Shown here: positions 1 to 8,800 of the stretch, piece after piece | Layout: each line of letters begins with the position of its first letter | How positions within the stretch are numbered: position 1 is the first letter of the stretch | Assembly (NCBI RefSeq): GCF_000150275.1 | Contig: NW_002061071.1 | Location: forward strand, 1 to 13,106 | Length of the DNA: 13,106 bases | Source: Trichoplax adhaerens | Taxonomy: Eukaryota > Animalia > Placozoa | Direction of reading: 5' to 3' | Program-made: the position numbers and the translations under genes | The notes under the pieces: generated by a model | Databases searched by the model: none | Told to the model about the DNA's origin: nothing | What the model saw: the letters and a program-made list of their open reading frames with translations, nothing else

Positions 1-49
1 TACGGTTATGATTATGATTTGTGGTTTTAGCTATATTCTTGCATCCGGG
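1..49 (+). CDS. Paralog 1 exon (end of S2): TVMIMICGFSYILASG
   Basis: Hydrophobic open frame from position 2; donor GTAAGT at 50, phase 0 matching the next exon. Confidence 0.75.
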
Positions 50-3000
50 GTAAGTACTGTATTGACCAATTGTTACAACTTCCAAATTTTTATAACAAGT
101 ACTAGATCTGCACTCAGCAAGGAGGCCCAGTAATTAAGTTGAAGAACTAACTTTATTGTTAAAATAATGAGTTTATATACTTTCTTTATTGTGACCTTTG
201 ATCTACGCCAGTAGATCACAAGATCATCACTAAGAGAGAGGTTTCCCTAGTTTAGACATTACAAATAGAATATCATACCGAGTATGGCAACATGAGAATA
301 CATATATAGATAAGCTTAATATAGTACCATAACTACATCTATATACGCATGACGTGATAATAACATCGTGATATTTAACCATATATAGAAAGAAGGTAAC
401 ATACTAATTATGGAACTATCACAGAACGTGACACCAATATACTTGGTCTGATTTATACTAACTATAACATCAGACTCATTTCCATTGTTGTAGATGGATG
501 TTAAAGTTAGTAATTGTGACAAAGACCTAAAATAAAGAATTGAAAAAGTGAAAACGCTGAAACCAATTGTTCTAATAACATATATTGATGAGATCCTGTT
601 GCTAATCCTTTTAACTATAGAGGCGAATCATTCTCCGTTTTATAAAGCAAACTATGTTTGAACTGTTTATGGCAGTTCTTGGATTGCTTTATGCTCTACC
701 GTTCAATAAGCCCATCGATTACGAAAATCTCCGGATTGGAGCACTTCTTATTCTTTGCTTATTTATCAACGTTATATTCATAATAAGAAGGCAAGACTAA
801 TTTAAGGATCACGTAGATATGTAAGATTGTTGCATTATGGAAACTCCTTTACTTTAAACAAGGAAGAACTGCTAGAAATCTCTCAGCGTATCCAGTACAA
901 CTAGAGTATTAAAATAAAATTTTTTTGTTCTCACCGCTGTACAGCTGAACAGAAATATCGATCTTGTAACGGCACCTTACAAATATCAACTTACGCGATA
1001 ACATTTTCACAAATTAGATAACGGTCGATAATTATGATCGGTCATAATATATCACAAAATACATTTAGATAAATATTTTATTTATAACCTGTTCTATAGA
1101 CTTATATACTGCAAAGCTTATGCATAACTGAGTGTACTACTTTTGTTAAATCAAGATGGATTACTATTTTAATTAGACTTCAATATGAAAACTGAACTAA
1201 AATACTAATGAAAATCTCATACCATAGCAAAGATAGTTAGGATGGTATATTTTAAATACTGCACTGTTAGAAATTGTGTGCAGTATAACAGCATAACCTA
1301 TTTACATAATCGAAAATATAGATAAAGCAGTTTATATGTTCCAATTTCATTAGAAAAGCTCTTTATCAAACCCGATTATAATTAAAACGGTGAATCAATT
1401 TTGCGGGCACGAACGATTTAATAGATTGAATCAAGAGATGTCATATATCAGATTATCATGGCATACCGTAAGCTAATATTTAAATACATTTTACTAGTTT
1501 TTCCAGATTAGGTCTGTATATTTCGATGCTTATTACTACCATTACGACCATCATCAGAGTTTCAGTTGTTTTTATACTGTTACTTGTGGCATTTGCTGGG
1601 GCTTTTGCAATAATATTAAATGATGAGGTAAGGAGGTCTCAACTAGCACCCATATATGTATTAAAATCAATTTTTAGCTTTATTGTATTTCTTATTGAAG
1701 TAGTTAATCATATAGTTTAAAAATACTACTTTGCTTAACCGATCGCATATTGTCTTAGTTTCATCTTCTATTTAATTTAATTTTACAAATACAGGCAACA
1801 TTCAGACAATTTGATGCTGCATTAGTCACTGTATTGACCATGTCTGCCGGAGAGCTTAATTATGCTAACAACTTCCATCAGTTATTTAATACTGGAAGAC
1901 TCACGGGATTTAAAATAGAATTAATATTATTTGCAGCCATGGTTATTATTATTAATATCGCATTTTCAAATTTACTGGTAAGATTTTAAAGATTGGGTAT
2001 AGTTTAATTAATTATTAATAGAGTTATTGTAGCAGTTATCGAGAAAGAAATGAAAAATGCAGATAATATATTTGATTAATTAAGTTATAATGGTGATTTT
2101 TCGGCATTGCTATATAAATATCCTACATGAATCTTTATTCAAACTTTCAAATAATTATATCGATACGTTATAGCCGTAACCATGAATTATTCATATTTAC
2201 CATAAAATTATTTAAATTTATAATAGGTTTTAACTTTCAGTCTTAGAGATTGCTATTTGATTTAAAATATTTGATTGCTATCATGAATAGCCCCAGAGTT
2301 ATTGATTTTGACTTGGCAGAAAAGTTGTCAACTGATTTAGATATTAAGTAGATGCACTATACTTTTGAAGTATATTAATTAATTTGAACATTTCTAATCT
2401 AACAAAACATATTGGAAATGACTTAGATTGGTCTTGCGGTAGGTGATATTAACGAAGTCAGGGAAACCGCTAGTTTAAACCTAGCTAAAAGTCAATATGA
2501 GTCACTTATTGGAATTTACGAATCATATTCAATATATCTGAGGAAGATTTTGTATAGTCCAGGATTAATCGTCAGAAAAGATAAAAATTCGAGTTATTTG
2601 CAAAAGGTAAAATAGACTAAGCGATATAGATATCTTTATAAGGAAGCAAAGAAAATCATTTTAATTTTGAGTCGGATTAATTTCGATGGCACCCTGAAAA
2701 ATATAATTGTGTAAGTTAAATCAGGCCAAAACTATTTGGAGATATCCTTTTACGGGTATAAATAAATATTATAGAGGAATTTGAACGGAATATAACTTCG
2801 ATTTTTTAACGAAAGGGTGCCATCGAAAATAATCAGATTGTGTGTGAAGCATACAAGAGCCGTATGCTATTGAAAGCAATCTTCTAGAAAAGTTTTAAAG
2901 TAAAATTTATTCTTCTTAACACTATTTAGCAAACTTGGCATTCTTTAACCGATAATATAGCAATGATTCAAGAAGAAAAAGATCATGTTAATCCAGAATT

Positions 3001-3269
3001 TGATTGGAGAAGTTTAAACGCTTTCGTTCTAAGGCAACAAACAGAGTAAGAATTATGCTGTTAAACATCATGCTAATTATATTACAATTAATGTTTTAAA
3101 ATTATTTTGTAGAATAAGTCTACTAAAAGAATCAATCGAAGATGTAAAGTCAGACATTAAAATGATTAGCTATTCGAATCATTCTGAAACCAATAAATTG
3201 ATTAAGCAAGTTTTGGATATGTTACAAGCCAATGGTAATGAAAAGGTTGCTGCCACCAGTGCTAACTGA
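1..3269 (+). CDS. TRPA1: TRPA1-like cation channel, paralog 1, 5'-partial; exons <1-49, 621-790, 1498-1627, 1795-1977, 2427-2606, 2930-3045, 3113-3269 (S2-S6, pore, TRP-like helix, C-terminal coiled coil)
   Basis: Exons join in phase into one ORF ending TGA 3267-3269. Motifs match TRPA1: IRSFSRLGLYISML (cf. LQRFENCGIFIVML), S5 IIRVSVVFILLLVAF, pore TMSAGELNY (cf. SMMLGDINY), S6 NLLIGLAVGDINEV (cf. NLLIGLAVGDIAEV). Symbol is family-level; strict orthology not shown. Confidence 0.93.
621..790 (+). CDS. Paralog 1 exon (S3-S4): RRIILRFIKQTMFELFMAVLGLLYALPFNKPIDYENLRIGALLILCLFINVIFIIR
   Basis: Acceptor CTATAG ending 620; ends AG|GCAAG (GC donor), phase 2. Confidence 0.85.
791..1497 (+). other. 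Non-canonical GC-AG intron
   Basis: AG|GCAAG fits the GC-donor consensus; an in-frame TAA follows at 798-800; no phase-compatible GT donor seen nearby. Confidence 0.8.
1498..1627 (+). CDS. Paralog 1 exon (S4-S5 linker, S5)
   Basis: Acceptor TTACTAG ending 1497; donor GAG|GTAAGG at 1628; overlaps ORF 1526..1720. Confidence 0.9.
1795..1977 (+). CDS. Paralog 1 exon (pore helix, filter GELNY, S6)
   Basis: ATACAG acceptor, CTG|GTAAGA donor, 61 codons ATFRQFDAALVTVLTMSAGELNY...INIAFSNLL. Confidence 0.92.
2427..2606 (+). CDS. Paralog 1 exon (S6 gate IGLAVGDI, TRP-like helix)
   Basis: ACTTAG acceptor, AAG|GTAAAA donor, 60 codons IGLAVGDINEVRETASLNLAKSQ... Confidence 0.92.
2672..2837. mobile_element. 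MITE-like element with 24-bp terminal inverted repeats, inside an intron
   Basis: 2672-2695 TCGGATTAATTTCGATGGCACCCT versus reverse complement of 2814-2837 TCTGATTATTTTCGATGGCACCCT (22/24); non-coding AT-rich interior; no clear target-site duplication. Confidence 0.5.
2930..3045 (+). CDS. Paralog 1 penultimate exon QTWHSLTDN...VLRQQT
   Basis: ATTTAG acceptor, GA|GTAAGA donor, phase 0 to 2. Confidence 0.82.
3113..3269 (+). CDS. Paralog 1 last coding exon (coiled coil) EISLLKESIEDVKSDIK...AATSAN*
   Basis: TTGTAG acceptor phase 2, heptad-like pattern, stop TGA 3267-3269. Confidence 0.82.
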
Positions 3270-3631
3270 AAGATTTGTATTATTTTAACTGAAATTATGC
3301 AGCAGTATTCTATCTGTATTTTTTTGTGAAGGCGGATATCGAGAATTGTTGTACATAAGCCTAATTTGAGAGCAGCTGTAAATATTCGCAAAGATATTAC
3401 TGTTGATTATTATTCAGAGCTAGAGTACGGCTACTAATGAAGCTATGAATGTCTACCGTTAACAAAACAGAATAGGACATTAACATACACTGTAGAGTAT
3501 ACAAATATCTAAAGGATATATATTAGCATACGGATAGCTTAAAGTAAAATATTTATCGAGACTGATCTAACAAAGTCCATGTTTGCTATATAAATTACGA
3601 ATCTTAAGGTTATGTTAGACAGGCATTTACA

Positions 3632-3664
3632 AATAAAAAGATATTCGTATATATCGCCAATAAA
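3632..3664 (+). promoter_or_regulatory. Candidate polyadenylation signals of paralog 1 (AATAAA at 3632-3637 and 3659-3664)
   Basis: Two AATAAA hexamers about 360-390 nt after the stop; weak evidence in AT-rich DNA. Confidence 0.35.
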
Positions 3665-3679
3665 ATTAATTTGTAGTTA

Positions 3680-3757
3680 TATATATGTCACCGTTTATCT
3701 GTTCAATCAGTGAATGTACACTTTAACTGACTGAACAGATAAACGGTGACATATATA
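3680..3757. repeat. 78-bp near-perfect palindrome / hairpin
   Basis: 3680-3711 TATATATGTCACCGTTTATCTGTTCAATCAGT pairs with 3726-3757 at 31/32; the 14-nt spacer is itself partly self-complementary. Confidence 0.92.
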
Positions 3758-4117
3758 GAATAATATAAGATGTGCAAGTTTCTATTTATTTTGTTTGTAA
3801 AGATCTCTGTACATGTGATATTATACCGAAATTTTAAGTTTCTCCATTTGCTATATATATTACTGATCACGTTTACTCTTGCGTTATTTTCTCTTCATAG
3901 CAAATAATGCTTTCTTTCAAAAGCACTGTATCAGAAAATATTCACTATATATTATAATCCTGTAGTTTACTGAAATATTTTACTCAGCTAATAAATATCC
4001 AGAGCTCACAAGTAGTGGATTCTAATAGCTGTAATTAATGATTAAGCAAATGATGATAGTTTCAAATGTACAAGATATTAAAGACAGTTCAATTGCATTA
4101 GATCCAGAAATCTCCTT

Positions 4118-4295
4118 AAAGGCACTTTACCACAGATAGATATAGCAATGTATAAAGGTATGTCCCACTGCATTAGAGAGCTGTTGTGCATCAGAGCTAA
4201 ACGCCGGCTGCACTCGAAGAGACATTCTTTGCTTTTAATCGTGCAATTAATGGCAGTTTGAGAGTGACCAGTTATTGCCTTGAAGCATGCTTGCA
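4118..4295 (+). pseudogene. Possible decayed ankyrin-repeat fragment running into the assembly gap
   Basis: KGTLPQIDIAMYKGMSHCIRELLCIRA (4118-4198), then after a frameshift TFFAFNRAINGSLRVTSYCLEACL (4222-4293); loosely resembles TPLHxAAxxGxxxxVxxLLxxGA; locally higher GC. Confidence 0.3.
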
Positions 4296-4447
4296 NNNNN
4301 NNNNNNNNNNNNNNNNNNNNNNNNNNNNNNNNNNNNNNNNNNNNNNNNNNNNNNNNNNNNNNNNNNNNNNNNNNNNNNNNNNNNNNNNNNNNNNNNNNNN
4401 NNNNNNNNNNNNNNNNNNNNNNNNNNNNNNNNNNNNNNNNNNNNNNN
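4296..4447. other. Assembly gap (152 N)
   Basis: Run of N. Confidence 1.
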
Positions 4448-4627
4448 TTTGTTCGTTATAGAAAAACTGTATTGTCAGTACTTGAATGGTTATTCGTAGT
4501 TATTTCAGTCGATGCTAGTAATCTACCTGTCTTTATTCTAGTATACTTGAGCATTAATCGTTAAATTTTTACAGCTCTGCGTAAGTAATACCAATTACAT
4601 CTACTTAATGTCAATATATAGTTAGCA

Positions 4628-4975
4628 ATTTCTATAATATGCGACGATTCATCGCTCTTCATGTCTCATATTCTAGATATTCTCACCTCATCATATGCAT
4701 ATTTCTTCTCTTATATACATAAAAAATCCATATCCTACAGCTATATCTATGCGATATACATAAAAATTTTCAATTTTTTTTATCATTGACTAAATCTACC
4801 CAGTTCTGCCTGAAGCAATGCCAAATTACAGCTACTCAAAATTAAGTGCAAACTTTACGATTTCTATAGTATACAAACATTCATCGCTCTTCAAATCTTA
4901 TGCTGTAGATATTCTAATTTATCATATGCTTATCTCTCCTCTAATATACATAAAATTACGGAACCTACAGGTATG
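4628..4975. repeat. Degenerate direct repeat, period ~232 bp (4628-~4743 and 4860-~4973)
   Basis: Shared blocks ATTTCTATA, ATTCATCGCTCTTCA, TAGATATTCT, ATCATATGC, ATATACATAAAA, CCTACAG in the same order and spacing; roughly three-quarters identical by eye. Confidence 0.85.
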
Positions 4976-5429
4976 CTTAGCAGTCTAAGTTTTTACAATA
5001 TTTTATGATCATTTACTGTTTGAAAACTAACCTATGACTCAACCATCAATAAGTTGTTTCCATTCTTAGGATAATACTTACTTCGACAATTAAAGATACA
5101 TATTCGCATTCTCTTTTGCATATACGTATTTAGTGCGTTCAACACGTACTTTGTTTTTAGAACTGCATTATTCCTTGATGAATTAACTCAGCTGGTAATC
5201 AAAGGTTATGACACAAAGAAATCCAATTCATTTCATTAAAAGTGTTAAAATCAATGCGGATTCTATAGAGATGGACATAGGTTGTCTCCATAGCAACTAT
5301 CGAACTTATTAATTAAGAGACTGCCTTTATTCCTTTAAATTTAGCCTGATATGCTAATTAATCCATTGAATTACATGGAGTAAATAGTGCTTATTTGAAT
5401 AGTCTGAAATGAGGTAATTCGCTATATAA

Positions 5430-5570
5430 TTATGGGACGATGGAGCGAACGAAAACTCGATAGTTTACGAGCAAAGTAAATCGTCATCTCGTAGCTATTT
5501 AAGGTTGAAATAAATCGAAAAAGTCGAATCTAACCCTTATAAAAAGAACTTAGATCATTCATCATCAACT
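5430..5570 (+). promoter_or_regulatory. Candidate core promoter of paralog 2 (CpG-dense patch plus TATAAAAAG at 5538-5546)
   Basis: About 9 CpG in 5438-5527 and a TATA-like box ~110 nt upstream of ATG 5650. Confidence 0.3.
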
Positions 5571-5649
5571 AATCTACAACTTGATATTGTATATACCGTT
5601 CATATATAATATATATATATACACCTTAGCAAAGATTCCTATTTTCGAT

Positions 5650-5880
5650 ATGGCAAAAGTAAATAGGATCGACATTATGTCCAAGAATGCCAATAATGAT
5701 CTAGAAGAAGAAACAACGATCTGTTATCGGCCTTTTAGGAAGAGAACTACTGATCATTCTAACAAGTTAAAATCATTACCTGGAAGACCTCGTGATAGGA
5801 AAGGCTCTGATTTAGTAGCAGGATCATTTTTAAGCTTAAGCTTAGCCATGACTAAAATGGGTGGACTTGATGTTCATGAT
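5650..5880 (+). CDS. Probable first coding exon of paralog 2 (polar N-terminus MAKVNRIDIM...GGLDVHD)
   Basis: 77 open codons from ATG 5650, donor GTGAGT at 5881; link to the first ankyrin exon unresolved. Confidence 0.6.
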
Positions 5881-8800
5881 GTGAGTCTAGGCATCTTCTA
5901 AATTGAATGATGACGTTAGTACTAATTCGTTTTATAGCGGTTATTTTAAAATTGAAAGATGTATAGATCTTGTTAAAGTTATGCCAGTATACTTTTTATG
6001 TTATTATTTACTGTGTAATCCAATTTTGGAAACTTAGCTGATAATTATTCAAAATGGAGAGATTACGTTTATAAAGAGCAAGTTCTACATCTCCGCGTAA
6101 TATTGGAGATAATATTGCCTCAATGATTGAGTACTTTTAATTTAGCGTATAACTCCAAGATGAAGGACGTCATATATTTTAAGACGCTATATAGCAATCA
6201 TCATGACGATATCTGTAATGTTAGACGGATAATGTAACATTAAAAAGCAATTAGCATGATTATATCTATAGCAAAATTTTAGATTAGGAGTATAGCTGTA
6301 GTAACACTTAATTTATCTCTCACTAACCTGAAAAATTCTCATAAACATCATCCCTAAAGTGAATAACATTTGAAGACTCTTTCCTGATTATAAATGAATT
6401 CAGCCGATCAGAAATAAGCAATAATTATTATAAATTATTTACCATATAGATAATCCGCCGTTTTAAAAAACTTCCGGTCATTTTGCAAAATCACATATTA
6501 CACGATCATAATTATTTCGCACAGTGTCCTAGTATTTTGAAAATGACCGATTACATAAGCGTTTTGCATCTATAAACGAACAAATGCCAGTGCTAGCAGA
6601 ATCATGATTCATGATATTTATCCATCATTATACACCATTAGTGAAAATAATTTACCTTTTTCTATATCAATAAGTAATTTTGACTAGAGAATTTTTAATT
6701 ATTCTTTGTGATGAATGATATTCACAACTTCTTACAAGACAAAAATATCACCTCTATGAGTAGTCAAGTCCTAAAAATAACTGTTTAAGAACATATAAAA
6801 GATTATTATAATAATTTCGCTAAAATTAAGCTTACTTCTTTGGCGATTTCTATCGATGATGCCCATATTAAAACCAATATTTAATTTATATTTCGCCAAT
6901 ACGGTATGCAAGCAGCAATAAAAGGAAACATAGATGATATAAATCGAGCATTTAAGTCACGATTTTACTTAGATAGAATCAATTATCCGGATGAAAATGG
7001 CTTAACTCTTATGCATCTTGCAGCTATCCATGATCAAGGTGACGTTATCAACTGCTTAATGAGATATGGAGCAGGTATTATCAGCAATTACTATTTATTA
7101 ACTGCGCAGCTAATTTTTAGGCTCCGAGCATTATTATATCGCTAGAAATTAAAATACAGTAATATGTCTCTTATTTAATCCAGAAAACATAGACAATAAC
7201 GATAGCTATTGATGGTGATGTATAAATAATTTTAATGACGCTATATTCGTAAGTTCATAATTTGTGATTCACATATTAAAATCTATACTTTTGCATATCC
7301 TATACAATAACGTAGTCATTGATATCAGCAATGGGAATACCGATGAAACACCACTGCATTTAGCTGCAAAGCATAATGCATGTGCTGCAATCAAAGCTCT
7401 AGTCCAAAATGGTTCCATCATTGATGTTGTCGATCATAATTCAAGAACACCTTTGCATTATGCCTGCAACCACGGCTGCAATGAAGCTGTTGAGGTTATT
7501 ATCAAGATACTCTATTCCTTACAGTCTTTCCGTACTTTTGCTCTCCTACAATTTACACGAACAGCGAAGCAATGGGAAACTTTACATTTTTTTTAGGCGA
7601 TTTTGCATGAAGCCGACCTTATGAAAGTATCTCACACTATTATCAATGCATATGATGCAGAAAGGGCAACTCCGCTACATTTATCAGTATTAACTTGTTC
7701 TGAGGATGTCGACCGTAAATTGGTGAGAGAGATTGGAGTCTATTTAAATGTTCAGATATGTGCTTTAGATGAATATTTATATTCTATAAATTTAACTGTG
7801 AGGCTATGATATGTATTTACGAATTGTTATGAATCCTGATGCTAGATAATATAGTAAAAATACTTTTAAAGAATATTATTTACTCTTGAGATTTCCTGTA
7901 TACTATTTGACTGTGTGTAATTCACATAGAGCGTAGATTAATAACTTACAATTCAACGTTATAAATTTGCCTCTTACTCTACGGAATATATGTATATGAA
8001 TTATTAAGTAGCAATTACAATTCTATGTCTAACATTAGCTTCAATGTGGAGCTAATATTTACAGAAAAGATGTAGCTGGTAATACACCTTTACTGTTAGC
8101 TGCAAAGCGGCACAAGACTGGAATTATGAAGATATTACTAGAATTTGGTAAATGCTTAAATTTTGTCGAACTTATCTGCCACGAAACTATGATTTACCAA
8201 ATTAGTTGCGGGTTGTATTTATGTCTAATACTGTTACGTACAGGTACAGTAGCATTAGCAAAACTGAAATGTTGTAGTGTACGGTACAGATGTACCTCGG
8301 TATCAGCTATTGTAATACATTGTACGCGCAGGTGTACTATTCTATGTTACTAGAAACGTAACAAATACCTTGAAATTCCTTTCTTAATCTTTCACTCAAT
8401 AATCCTTGTTGCAGCTTTCGTAGCGGCAGCTATACTTTCATAAGCAATTTTTGAAATTAATTAAATAACATATCTTAGATATTGCAAAATTAGTAGTTAT
8501 CTATTTTAAGTAATTGTACAATTATTAACAAGATAGGTGCAAAGACGATTCATGAATAGGGCAATTTAAGAGTAAAATGTTGTTTTTATTAATTGCAAGA
8601 CAAAAGATATCTTCCTAACGGTACTACTCGAAATTATTTAAGAATGATGATTTAACCGTCTTGTGTTATTTCTATTCATTTATAGCACTAAATTGATTCT
8701 AGTGCGATAATTTTACCAGAAAACTAATCAAGATTGGAATATTAGAGCCAATAGACTATTTATTTTTACAGCGTAGTAATATCAAAATAATTTTGGTCTT

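Noticed and set aside
316-522. Minus-strand 68-aa ORF
   Set aside because: Lies in an intron of paralog 1, non-ATG start, no recognisable motif.
3179-3391. Minus-strand 70-aa ORF
   Set aside because: Antisense shadow of the last exon and 3' UTR; no motif.
4078-4293. Minus-strand open frame of ~71 codons leaving the gap (QACFKAITGHSQ...LMQLNCL*)
   Set aside because: No recognisable domain; cannot be evaluated because its 5' part is in the gap.
4258-4564. Three ORFs spanning the N run
   Set aside because: Artefacts of translating Ns.
7409-7624. Alternative-frame ORF
   Set aside because: Out of frame with clear ankyrin exons and runs through an intron.
8148-8353. Cys-rich tail of ORF 8126..8353
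   Set aside because: Read-through into the intron after a good donor at 8148; ankyrin homology resumes at 8953.
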